Shown here piece after piece: positions 25,414-38,796 of a stretch of DNA of 64,000 bases (position 1 is the stretch's first letter; each line of letters begins with the position of its first letter). Source of the stretch: Chrysomallon squamiferum (Eukaryota; Animalia; Mollusca). The stretch covers positions 15,190,001 to 15,254,000 of the forward strand of contig CM022679.1 in assembly GCA_012295275.1 (NCBI GenBank). The letters are read 5' to 3'. The translations under genes and the position numbers were made by a program. The notes under the pieces are model-generated. The model saw nothing but the letters and a program-made list of their open reading frames with translations, had not been told where the DNA came from and did not search any database.

Positions 25414-28400
25414 GAATTGTTATATTTTGTGAAGTCATCATCTTGTTTTTCATTTGTTATCAAAACATTTTTTTAATTAACTTGGTTTAAACATCAGCAT
25501 CTTGGAGAAGCTACAGCCTAGTGATATAAACATTTTCCTTAGGTGTTACAAGAGTCTGGATCAAATTTTGGTACAGCATTTGAAGTATTTTCATTTTCAA
25601 CCAGTGTCTTATCAAATACCATAGCCATGGTATTTGATTTCCTCTCTGTTTGCATATATATTTTAAAATTCCCTAACTCCGAACTGAATAAAATACAGTG
25701 GATTTATTTGAAGAGTATATCAGAATTAATATTACTAAAAATAATATTTATCAATTAGGTGATTCAATAATTTTTTAAGCTAAAAAAAGAGAGACAACTA
25801 GAGAAAAAAGTATCATTTTGTTGAGAGAGTTTCTTCCCTTAAGTTGCAGAATTAATTGGTCAGTTTTTCAGCAGTATCAACATTGGTTGAATGAAATAAA
25901 ATGCAAAACGTAACAAGTTTTCTCAAAGTTGAAGATCTCATTAAAGTTAATTGGACATCGTATGGGATATTAACTAATTTTGAAATTACTGATGTATGTG
26001 ATTTAATAAAGATTAGTTCTGAAAGAATAATTTTGCAGAGATACTTAAAATTCTAGTAAAAAACAGACTGACTGAAAATAAAAATAATAAATAAATAAAT
26101 AAAAAAATAAACAAAAAAAACAACAAAAAACTTAACAGTGAATTAAATATATATTTTAAATTAATAAACAACAAAATTACGAATAAGTAATAGCTAAGAT
26201 TAATTTGAAATTATTTAAACGTAAAACAAATGACAAACGTCTTGTAAATACCAGAAAAAACGTCTGTATATATTACATATATGTAAGTTTAAACTGTGGG
26301 TGGGTGGGTGTGTTTTGTTTTCAGTTTCATATGCTACTATTAGCGAGACTGCTTTCCGTCATGCTACCATCTCTGACCAGAAAAACCTCGGAAGGAATTC
26401 CAAGCAAATACATTATGTAAATTTATGTTTGCACTATTCGTTTGGCTGTATTAGTACATTTCACCTTCGTTTGCTCTTCTTGTTTTAGAAACAACAGCGG
26501 CATTTGTCATACGTAAACCCCACAACTGTTTGCCCAACACGCCCAATCGTGATAACAGGAAGGTTTTCTGGCTTTTCACTGTAGACGTCTATTTTCCTGG
26601 CGCTCATCTGTATCGACTTCATCGTCAGCGAGTCGCAAATCTTCACGACAAGAGATCATCTTGTTTTAGTGACGATTATCCCTTGACTTTTGTTCTTTTT
26701 AATTATGTAATACAATACTTTGCATATCTTAATATCGTATATCCTTCTTCATCTTCTTCTTTTTTTCCCCTTTATTTTGGGTTTGTTTGTTTGTTGTTTG
26801 TTGGTTTTTTTTTTTTTTTTTTGGGGGGTGTTTAACCTTTACAATGCTCTAAAACACACACACGCGTTCATGTTGACGTAAGATCACAGACACTGTTGAT
26901 AAAAGCTAATATTATTTGTAAAAATTATGTTCATTCGCCACACTAACTTGCTTTAAAATATAACAAGAAAATAATGATGTACTTTTCAACAACATGGGTT
27001 TTAGTAACTAACTTTGATGGATAGTATTAGTGTTAATATAATTACTGGATGTGTCAGGCTGATATGTATATATATATATATATATATATATTAATAAAGG
27101 AAAAAAGAAATTTGTCTTTTAACATTTTGCAAATATATATTTTTTTTTTTTCAAAATGTAAAAAGACTAATTTCTTTTTTTTTCCTTTATTTATATTTTG
27201 TTTTTGATTAAATTATAAGAAAGATAAGAATAAAAGAAAGAAAGAAAGAAAAGAAGAAGTAGAAAAAGGTATGTAAAAATAACAAAACGTCTAGTAAACA
27301 TTTAACGTTCTCCTAACTGGTTGTATTAAAATGATAACAGTAATGCGAATCTATAGCACTCATGTTGCTAGTGATTTTAGAGAAAACAACAACAGTAACA
27401 AATAACGTAATTAAATAAGAGTGGATAGTAGTTGTTGTACTATTAGTAGTAATGGTAATAGTAGCAGTAATAGTAGTAACAGCAGTTGTAGTAATCGTAA
27501 TAAACTGGTAGTCGTTCTAGTAGCAGTGAAACTAATAGCATTAATAGATATATAGTAGTTATATACTGGTAGTAGCAGCAATAGTGGTAATAACAGAAGA
27601 AGAAAAATAATACAAAATAGAAACTTAGGCTCACCGACTCCAAAAAAAACAAACAAATAAATAAATAAATAAATAAATGTATGTACGGAAATGAAAAGAA
27701 TATTTTATATTTTGTATTTTACTTTTAAAACTTGTTTGATTTTATTTCATCGTCTAGAAAGTAGGATTCATATTGTTTACTTTGATTTAATAATATTATT
27801 TAAAATAACGGAAACGTTAAGTAAAATAAAGAAACAAAACTTGCTGCAAACTTTGAAACTTAATCCCAGAGGATCATGATGCCCGAATTTTAATTTTTAA
27901 AATGGTTGACAGTTTATACTCTATATAATAAATACTCTTAACACATTTTCGTTCTAATAACTGCATCAGTAAATAAAATCCCAACAGCTACTACTGTTAC
28001 TCCTATTACTACTACTATAACCTCTACTTTTATTTTTAATAACTATGATGATGATTCTGCAGGGTTTTTTTAAGTGAAGATATCCACACTAAAATCAGTT
28101 AAAGACCATTTTATAATTTAAGGAATATACCGTCTTTAAAATAAATTATTCAACTTCCTAAAATTCATCAGGTAAGACATAATGTCAACAGTATTGCCAA
28201 AGCGCTTGTAATACTCCACATAAAATAATGATATTTGAATCCGACAAACAACAAACGCGTTTATTTCGCACCAATTCGCCTATTCTTCGAAATGATTCGC
28301 CTGCAAAGGAGTAAGTATTAATATTTCAGGTCTGCGCAGCTTTTCGGTTTACGGTTTCGGCGTAACACAGAACTCTAATTGTATTGGTAATGCACAAATT

Positions 28401-29169
28401 AATCCAGCATAAAGATATCCTGAAAATATAAATATTTGTTTTTATATAAATAATAATTTGTCTATGCAAACTGAATATGATATTATTAGTTCAGACGATT
28501 TGAGGGAAAGAAGGGTACACAATGCTTAGAAATGTTCATTGGTTTCTTCGTAGCCATAATGTTTAATGTTTTGCGAAAAGTACTTTACGTTAGTACTGTA
28601 GTCAAGCTTTCAGATTTAAAACTTATTGTTATTAGGTCGATTCCTGGTATCGGATCCTAGCAAGACTTAACTGGTTGAATGTAAAACCATTTGTTTTGTA
28701 TGTATATCTGTGGGCGCGCGCAAAACTGTTCATGAGTCTATGTGCTTGTCTGTGTGCATGTGTGTCCTTAAAATAGTGGTTTTACAATAACTAGATAAAC
28801 ACACCTACAGTGTAAATAGACTTATTTTCATTTTACTTTTTTGGCAACAGTTTCCACAAGAATCATAAGGCAGAGAGGCCCCTTCCCTCCCCAAAAAAAG
28901 AAAGAAAAAAGAAAACCACTCAAAATACCCCAAATTGGACAAATGAGTGCTAATTAATTAACTATTTTGAAAAATAATTATAACTTCTTTAAAAAATAAT
29001 TAATTTTTATTTTGAAAATTGTTTTTCTAGCATGCAGAAAATAAAATTAACAGTGATTACAACTCGTGTAGACGGCTATGTATCACTCTTACAGTCCCGT
29101 AGGAATCTGATGTCCAAAGTGAGACTGTGATTGATTTGACTTTATCTGGGTATGAACTAAACTAAAATC

Positions 29170-29400
29170 TCAGGAAACCAATTTTTGCGCACCTGTAAGG
29201 CCCAACATCCAACATGGCCGCCGTCACTCGTAGGAAATAAAGAAAATGCCATATCTCTGGAACTATTTGACCAACTTCAATGATGTTAGACGCTATTATA
29301 GTGTTTTCAATCACGCCTGATAATCTGGAATATCTTTCAGTTCGATATTAGATCAAGGTCATGCATGAAGGTCACGATAAAGGAGATTTTTGACTGATTT
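29170..29400. mobile_element. Fragment of a non-autonomous DNA-element/Helentron-type repeat
   Basis: ccaacatggccgcc, catatctctggaactatttgacc and tandem aaggtca motifs are typical of invertebrate non-autonomous repeat interiors; boundaries unclear. Confidence 0.35.
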
Positions 29401-30770
29401 AAAAACAAAAATCTGTTTCGTGAAATATATAACATGTATTTTAAAAGAAAGAACGCAGGGCTTTTTTGAATTTTGGATTCTAATAGTTTTTGTCATAGTT
29501 ACCGCTGTAGCTAAGCTACTTTCCATATGTGGTGCACAAACTGTTTATATAATAATGAATTTGCAGGCGTGTTATTCTGTTTGATATTATGGTTTATATT
29601 AAGCATATATTCAGTGAAAATCGATAAGAACAAATGTTCATAAATAAAATATACAGTGAACATGTTACAGTAACAGTGACTGGATAAAAATAAAGCTTTA
29701 AACATAAATACAGCAACATGCTAAATGCACAGCATATTATATTTGTTTTTATAATAAGGTTTAAGGTACTTATATATTAGCATTCTCTTCAGTTTTGGAC
29801 ATACGTTACATATATAAAAGGTTTTCAGAGGGGGGAAAAGACTGATTGTAATCTTTAATGTAATTATTTGTTTATAGACGTAGCTTGCACTTGTCGATCT
29901 GTTTTCCTTTCAGCCTGTCTGTCTGCACGAATGTATATTTGTTTAAATGGCCACCCGTCTTTCGTTCTGTTTATATATCCAGCTCATATTTTTAACCGAT
30001 TGATTATCATTATTTTTTTTTTTTATCAAAGTCAATGCATATTGAAAGTTATATTCAACACAAAGATGGCGACCTTTCCTTTCTGATCCTTAAACCGCCC
30101 TTGACAACTCAGTGAAGTGAAAAATATATATATATACACTATCAAATTAACGCGAAGATTTACTATAATGGATTTACGCGTACTAGTTGTGTACGAACAA
30201 GTAAAGGGTCTGAGACGAACTGACCCGAAAACGTATCATACTTCAGATCAGTTGCCTGGCTTTTTCGAAAGCTTCATTTAATATTTCTCGAATATTAATC
30301 ACTTAAATATTTGAAATAACATGTATTGTTGTTGAGTTTCATAAGACCTTTCATGAAGCTAAAAAGTTATTATTTCAGTTTATTAGTATCAAAGTAGGAG
30401 AATAGTAGAACAGAGTAACGCGTTTGTGATGAAGCAACATGCTGTTATGAAGTACGTGTGCTTAAAACATGTAATCATTCTGAATAAACAAGCTGATGAT
30501 ACTGGAAAAGATATCAGAAACTGGGGTCTTGAGGTTTGTTGTTAAGCCGTTATTCTTGATATTAGCTGATGCTATTTTTTTCAGTCAGACATAGGATCTC
30601 TGCTCAGCTTATTTCGAATAATACCACCAGCCTCTAATTTTGGGGTTCTTTTGGGGTCATTTTTGTTGTCTATTCTTTCTATAGTTTTAACACGCTTGAC
30701 CTAGCATTCAACAGACAAATTAGATGAGCAGAATAGAGGTCCTTGCATAGGTTTTAGTATCTTTTTTTAA

Positions 30771-30994
30771 TACAGGTAAACTATCGATTTTCTAAAACCT
30801 TTGGTTCCAAAGACTTTCTGGATTACGATTTATTCCGGACCCCAGTATAAGGAATTAAATAATATACAATTAAATATTAAACAAATATTAAATGTAGTTT
30901 ATTAATACAAAAATATTAAACATAAATGAATGAATTTCAAATGCTTGGTCTTATTTGTATCCGGTCTAAAAGATAATCCGGAAAGGTGATTGTA
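30771..30994. mobile_element. Possible decayed pogo/Tigger-type MITE
   Basis: Starts TAcaggtaaactatcgatt and ends gataatccggaaaggtgattgTA, with internal ccgg(a) subrepeats. The ends are only imperfectly complementary. Confidence 0.3.
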
Positions 30995-31325
30995 AACCGA
31001 TCGTACCCTAAAGTTCTAAGATATATGTGAAATGAATTTTGACTTAAGGCATTTTTATCTATTATTATTTATTTATTTATATTCATTGCCTTGGGGTAGA
31101 AATCATTAGTCTAACTGAAATATTCTTTTTCCTGAAAATCTTTGACTTAACAAAAACAACAACTGGATGAAGTTTAATAATAATGAAAACGACTAATTAA
31201 CAGATACTGTTATAAAATATTTTGTTTTAATTAATTTAGTTTTAATTATATCTCAGTAACTGTAAAGATGTATTTAATTTGTTTTCTATTCTTCTAACTT
31301 TTTATTCATTTGATTATTATTATTA

Positions 31326-31356
<31 letters not shown>

Positions 31357-31735
31357 TTTATTCATTTATTATTTTGATATTTAATCAATTGTTTTAACCA
31401 CAACTATTTTATTGAAATTGTCTGGAAGTTTTTTTTTAAGAAAAACATTCACACATTTTACTTTTACGAGTTAGAATGCACTATACGTTGTTCAAATCGA
31501 TTTCATTCTGTACACATATTACACTGCATATCTCCTTATGAAAATCAATCGCAGACATCACGTGACATTGGGGGTAATGTTATATAAACAACGAGTAAAA
31601 AAAAAAAGGAATAAAAGAAATTGAAGAGAACAAAAAATCAAATATGACAAAAGGGTGTGTAGGAGAAGAAAATTTGTTGTAATAACAGAAATTCAAAAAG
31701 GGATTAAAAAAAAAAAATCAGAAATTCAAAAAGGG

Positions 31736-31737
<2 letters not shown>

Positions 31738-31793
<56 letters not shown>
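31738..31793. repeat. (CT)n microsatellite
   Basis: Directly visible. Confidence 0.97.
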
Positions 31794-31796
<3 letters not shown>

Positions 31797-32478
31797 CACG
31801 CACGCACACATATACATATATAACAGCCCCTATTGTAAGACTTGTTTTTAGCTAGAATTGCAGTTTATTTAAACATTTTTTTATTTTTTAAATTAAAACT
31901 ATTCATCGATATAAAAAAACGACGATGTTATTGTTGTTGATTATAATGATGAAGATAATCTTTACTTTTTTTTAACTTTTTCTCTCTATCTTTTCTTTTA
32001 TAAAGTTATACAGATAAACCGATTATAAAGTAATAATAATAAATAATAATAATAAAGAAGAAGATAAGAAGAAGAAGAAGAACAACAACAACAACAACAA
32101 CAACAGCAACCATAAAAACAATAATAACAATAAAAAATAAAGAAAACAAAAACTGTATCCAAAGATCCGATTTAAAAAAAAATAAAAAAAAAAAATTATA
32201 TTAATTTGTTAATGTGACAGGATACAAAACTAATAATGGGCCTAGCTAAAACGTAAATCGTCGCAGAAAACATATTATTAAATTACTTTGGTAGAACAGT
32301 TTTGGTTACGGTTAAAGAACAAAATAATCATGCTAATATTTAATCATGAGCAGAATCGTGTAGTCATAGGACTAGAAATTCAATAAAAACCATGAAATAC
32401 ATGCTTGTTGGATTAAATCGGTTAAATAATTAAAAAATATTTAACTATCTGGAATTGCATTTGCTCGAAGACCATGCT

Positions 32479-32479
<1 letters not shown>

Positions 32480-32557
<78 letters not shown>
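32480..32557. repeat. (GA)n microsatellite
   Basis: Directly visible. Confidence 0.97.
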
Positions 32558-32561
<4 letters not shown>

Positions 32562-32660
32562 GAAAATATAAAATGTTTGCCATTTTTAATTAACCTGACT
32601 GATTAATATGATCAAAAATCATATCACACTATTCTCCATGCAAATATACCGGTTAAATTA

Positions 32661-32698
<38 letters not shown>

Positions 32699-33028
32699 TT
32701 ATTGGGTTTTTGGGGGGGTTTGGGGTTGTTTTTTTTACTCAATCAGACTTTGAAATTTGTAAAAGATCTGAACCATACAAACAATTTTGCTTCGTTTTAA
32801 AACTGAAATTGTATCAGTGATTGTTATGACTGATAAAACAGCCCAGAAAACAATCTTTTACCTAAATGTTTTGTCTCTGGCTATTTTAAATGTCAGAAAC
32901 ATAAAATGTGCTTATTAATATTTCATTAGCGTGTTTATCTATGAACAGAGTAACGACATCATGTTTTGTTCGAAGTAAAAATCTCCGATTTTTGTGAGAT
33001 CTCTTGGTTGTTGAGTGACCAAGGTGGA

Positions 33029-33576
33029 ATGGCGTTTTACATGCCTTCTGAACTGTCGGGACTTCTTGAATGTCTGGATGTAAATAAACTTCCACTACAG
33101 TGGACATTCGTACGGCGTACTGGAGAATACAAGTTAATTATGTCCTGGACGCTTCCAGGGAAAAAAAATCTTCTTTCAAGGGAAAGAAAAAAACGAGAAA
33201 TCTGTCTATTAAACGACTTTCAGAGGAAAAGCTGTTGCCATCAGAAGAGATCAACAACGACGAAAGTGATGAAGACGCAAACGAAAATTCAGATGAAGAA
33301 ACTTTAGCCTCGTCCTCGTCCGGTCTGCAGAATAACCAATCGTATTCGCCGGAAGTCGAGAAAAGCAACAGAGAACCGCCGGAAACCTCTGATCCCGGGT
33401 GCGAAAGGTTTGTTACAACCCACAAAAAAGAAAAGGCAGCAAAACCTAAACAAGTGGACCCCAGGGCAAAACGAACGTTCGATAAATGGCATAAAAAGAT
33501 AACAGAAAAGAAACGGGAAAGTCTAGGTTTTGATGGCGGAAGAAAACGACCGCAGAATAAACCGTTCGAAAATTAA
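33029..33576 (+). CDS. Intronless uncharacterised ORF interrupted by a -1 frameshift at A8 (33161-33168); ~182 aa if joined. Pseudogene, assembly error or TE-derived gene.
   Basis: GC-richer island. Frame A gives MAFYMPSELSGLLECLDVNKLPLQWTFVRRTGEYKLIMSWTLPGKK. The -1 frame continues KSSFKGKKK..., an acidic tract DESDEDANENSDEE and a basic C-terminus to TAA at 33576. Confidence 0.5.
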
Positions 33577-34259
33577 TACTAATGTACTTTTCAGAGAATC
33601 TACCTGATTTTTCCGATCTTCTCCTACAGTGATTGACTATTACCAAACTCTGTTTACCAACAGATCTGGTTATACATAGATCTAACTAATATTAATGAGT
33701 ACTGTGAACCTTAAGTGAGATCTGTAACAACACAGCATAGAATGTGTTGACTCAAAATGATATTAACATTAACAGCAAGAGAGCAGAGAGCTGAGAAATC
33801 TCAATTTTAGGTCATTATTTCGTGGTTGTGTTTTCAAAGTGTTAATAGATCCTTTTTACACAGAATTAATACGTTTTTTATTCGTATTATGTGCATGAAA
33901 CGAAGCCATTAACTCTGAAACTCGGCCGTAAATAGAGGAAGCAGTCTTATATGTTTTTTAAACAAGAATTTCAGAAATTAGATTTTGTGTTGACTATTTG
34001 CTCTTTTTTTTTACTCCTTATCTTTTTCCATTTCTTTTTTCCTTCGACGCTGAAAAAACATTCCACCCTTACACAGTATATTTGACAGTTATGTATTTAT
34101 TATTTGTGTTTATTTGTTATTATATGTTTATTTTTATTCTGTGATTAAAAAATAATAATTTTGCAGATAAATATTTTTAGGAATGACTAGATGACACGAA
34201 AGCACTATTTTTTCGTTGTTTTCTTCTTTATTATTATTTTATTATTATTATTTTAAAAT

Positions 34260-34302
<43 letters not shown>

Positions 34303-34852
34303 TTTGCATCATTACGTAATTAAATAATCTATGGAACAGATACAATAAAATTCAAAAAAAATATTTAATAGTAATAATTCATCATTTGTGTAATTTATGC
34401 TGTTCAAAAACAAATATGATGAATATATTTATATATTCACTTTAATAAATTAATGTTTACGTACAATTTGAGAAGAAGAAAAAAAAAACAAATCAATAAA
34501 TAAAAAATAAAAATATTTATTCGATGATTAACCTGACGATAACTGACTGAACTTTCGCTAATTTGTTTACATCATATCTTCTGATGTACTTCAGTATATC
34601 TAGAATCGTGCTTAAAGAAAATGTAAATAACTGTTCCGCCATTATTTCCGATTCGGTTTTGACAATAAGTATCTTCTAAAATACTAAAAGATTATAGCAT
34701 TGTTGCTCTCTGAAGTAGCTGTTTTTAGAATGTAGTTTTTTGAAGCGAGTCGTTTGTAATTTACGACTACTACTGTTATTACATTTTCTGTGGTTTTTGA
34801 TTTAACGATGCTTAAAAAATGTCTTTCTCTCTTCTTTTAGAAAAACAGTACA

Positions 34853-34916
<64 letters not shown>

Positions 34917-35377
34917 GTAAATAAAAACCAAATTAAAAAATGATACATTTACATTGTATCAAAAATCTGCAACTGAAAACCAAACATTGAGAAATTTGAA
35001 ACTTCGTATAAATAAAAAACTTTCGATGTGTTTTGGGTTTATTTTTATTTTTATTTTTTTTAAATGTTAATATTTTATTGCTTTTAACATTGCATATTTA
35101 AGATAACATCACTTTTCTTGAGTCATAGGACTAAATGTTTCTGTAAATTATATCAGTATAATTTATGTTTGTTTTCATGCGTAATTTTCCGTTCTTTGTT
35201 GCTAGTTATTTGATCCTTGTTGTAAATAAAATAGGAACTTAAAGATTTCTGTTTGTTTATATATGATTATTGGTTTGGTTTTTTAACACCAGACTGAGAG
35301 ATGTGAAGTATCAGAGATTAGACAGAGAAAGAATCGCATGAAGAAAAGAGAATAAGAAAGAAAGAGGAGGGAGAAAG

Positions 35378-35386
35378 ATACATACA

Positions 35387-35468
<82 letters not shown>

Positions 35469-35540
35469 CTTAAACTAGAAAAATAGAAGCACACGAAGAA
35501 AAGAAATCAGAGAGAAATATACACGTCTGTATGTTAAGTG

Positions 35541-35629
<89 letters not shown>

Positions 35630-35700
35630 TATGTATGTATGTATGTGTGTATGTGTGTCTATATATATATATATTAGAGAGTGTGTGTTTGTGTTTGTGT
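35378..35700. repeat. Compound microsatellite cluster (TG)n(GA)n ... (TC)n(TA)n(TATG)n
   Basis: Directly visible. Confidence 0.95.
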
Positions 35701-36802
35701 GAGTGTTCCGGGCACACAAACCAGGAAAATATTTGATAAAATAAATGGTTGCAGTAATCGCCGCTGGCCTGATGACGTGCATTACGTTATCTACTTCCTT
35801 ATTAGCAACTGATATTGCCGCACAGAAGAAGATAAGTCACGCAGGTATCCTACAACATCGCTGAACATTATTTAAGACAATAACAGCAGCCTAATTAATT
35901 ATCTGTGAACTGACGGGAAGTCATTCTCAAAAGAAAGTAAAAATACTTAACTGTAAGCTCAGCATGTGTCTGTGAAAAGTCATTAGAGAAAAAAAAAAAA
36001 AAATAATAATAAAAATAGTAATAAAAAATTAACAATGAAACTCCAAGAATATGTAATAAGTAATAAAAATGTCATCAAAAAAAGAAAGAAAGAAAAAAAG
36101 AAATTAAAAAAGGATATTTAAGTATTTATTACTGTGATCACGATTTAATAATAATTATAACGAAAGCTGAAAATGGATAAATAAAACAAAATATTAATTT
36201 GTATTATATGTAAGCTATAAATGTCAGTAACGGTGTTTATGATAAAAATATTTATGAATATCGATTTCCTGTTGCCAAGTCAGGGTTTCGTATTTTTCGT
36301 CAAGGATATTATAAATATCGTTTCTTCATAATGACAGTACATAAGATATATCTCATCATGGAAGAGAGGCTGTAGTATGGTTAGGTAAACAAATCAACCA
36401 GCGTGGACTGAAATGACCATCCAGTAGATAGTCATTTGAGAAATGATTTCAAACCTTCTTCCTTCAAGAAAAAAAGGAAGATAGAAAGAAAGAAAAAGAA
36501 ACAAATATAAGAAAAAAAGAGAAAAAGAAGAAAGAAAGAAAAGAAAAAAACAAGAATGAACAAGAAGATGACGAAGAAAGTTAAACACCGATTATTTGTG
36601 AAACGAAATGAACCGTTTATTTACACCTTTCAGAATTAGATCGCCGACAGCGTCAAACATTTCACGCATTTTAGCGTCATCCTTATTTTAGACGCTACCT
36701 GTTTTCTCAGCAATGGAGGGCGTGACCAAAATAAAATTAAAAAAAATCGTCTCTCTTACGCTGCACTTAGCGGTTGAAAGTATTAATCATGTTAAGTTTA
36801 AG

Positions 36803-36805
<3 letters not shown>

Positions 36806-36873
<68 letters not shown>
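36806..36873. repeat. (GA)n microsatellite
   Basis: Directly visible. Confidence 0.97.
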
Positions 36874-36877
<4 letters not shown>

Positions 36878-38758
36878 CAATCAATATAGTTTTTAATGGA
36901 ATGTTACTACAAATATTGTTCTCGTAGTGTAGATTCTGTTTATATTATTTTTGTAGCTGATTTTTATTACTGTTCTCGATATTATTTTTAATGTTGTGGT
37001 TGTATTATCATCCATCATTATCATCATCATCATCATCTTAATAACTTTTATCACGAAAACCTTTTAAAAAAATTAATGTAATGTAAATGTTCTTGTACTT
37101 TAACAGTAAACTAGCAGACGACCCAGGTTAACAAAATAGATCAGTTTTTCTGTGTTTAGTCTGTAGATAATGATATTTTTTTTTTTATTATTATCGTCAT
37201 TTAATCCCCACCCAAAAAAAAAAAAAAAAATGGAAAAAAAAAAAAACTAAAATAACAATAAAATAAAATGAAATAGAATAAAAAATTATAACATAAATAA
37301 ATAAATAAAAATGGAAAAAATATAATCCAAATTCTTATAGTATAGTAAAAGAAATTTCAATCTTCAACATGAAAAAAAAAAAAAAAAAAAGAAGAAGAAA
37401 AAAAAAAAAAAACCAAAAAGAAAAAAAAAAAAAAAAAAAAGGAAAAGGAAAAAAAAAACAATTTTAAATTTTACTGATTTTTCATTATCAAGATTCTAAA
37501 GAATTTAATTTTCTGAATCGAAGCGTCATTTGTGTGAGTAATTAATTCATGTACTCTAACATTTTGTTATCTAAAAGATATTTCTTTATAAGAAAGAAAT
37601 TCTAATCAAATGGCTTTTTTGCAGACGTCTGGCTTTAACCAATTAAGATCGATACCTTACAGCTTAGACGTGGACATTATTATATTACTTGGTATTCTTG
37701 ACTTATGGCACTACGCCAGTTAGCTGTGAAAGGGGACACAGAGGAAAGGGCACGTTAACTTGGCTTTTTACTCAACTAAATAAACTTTTCAGTATTTCCA
37801 TTGCACTGGGTTTGTGATTTTAATATGATGAAAAAATTGTATTTTCGCTTCAAAGCACTGATTTTATCTATTTATTATTATTATTATTTTTTATCTTTTC
37901 TTTCTTTCTTTATGTATTTATTTATTATACTGTTATCACTGATATTGTTATTATTTATTTATTTTGTTTGTTCATTATTTATATATTTATTTAATTGTTA
38001 CATTTTATTGCTGCTGTTGTTGTTGTTGTTACCGTTATATATATATATTTCATCATCGTCATCATTATTTAGTGTATATACGCGTGTATCATGTGTCTTG
38101 AAATGTGAATGCCTTTCAGAACATTCTGAATTGTAATAAGGCCATATTGAATGACGTAAAACAAACCTAACTGTGTAGAGAACTGCGCTTCGTCATTAAA
38201 GGCGACATAACTTTAAACAGTTTCCATGTATTTTTATTTCCAGTTACGGGATGAGCGCTGTAACCCAGGCGTTAGAGACCCAGGTGACGTAAAAATAGAC
38301 GCACTGCAGGATGAAGCCTCCATATCGACTTCAGTTGTTTGTTGTTTTTTTTCCTACTCAAACCAGTGCACGTTAATTGGTATTTTAAATTTAAATCCAT
38401 GTTATAATTCTCGATTACTGGAAGAGGCGTACTGACAAATGCACTTAACGAATAAAACCCAGCGTATTTTCTTTCTAGTATCACTGCAGTGAAATATAAA
38501 TATAAACTGCGAATAGAATTATTAAAATATTCATATATTTACTTATGGATGACACCGATATAACATGATGATTAGATATCGTTGATTCCTTTTTCTCATA
38601 TCATAACGAAACCTAAAATTGACACTGTATATAACGACAGTATTATGTATAAAGATGTTAAAATAGTTACTCACTTACTTGAATATTCCAGACTCAGCTC
38701 CACAAATGAAGAAGTCGAATCTGAACCGGGATATGTATTTATCTGTCTGACTGTCTTC

Positions 38759-38796
<38 letters not shown>

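Noticed and set aside
27411-27656. Hydrophobic poly-Leu / poly-Tyr ORFs
   Set aside because: Degenerate (TAG/CAG/TAA)n trinucleotide repeat.
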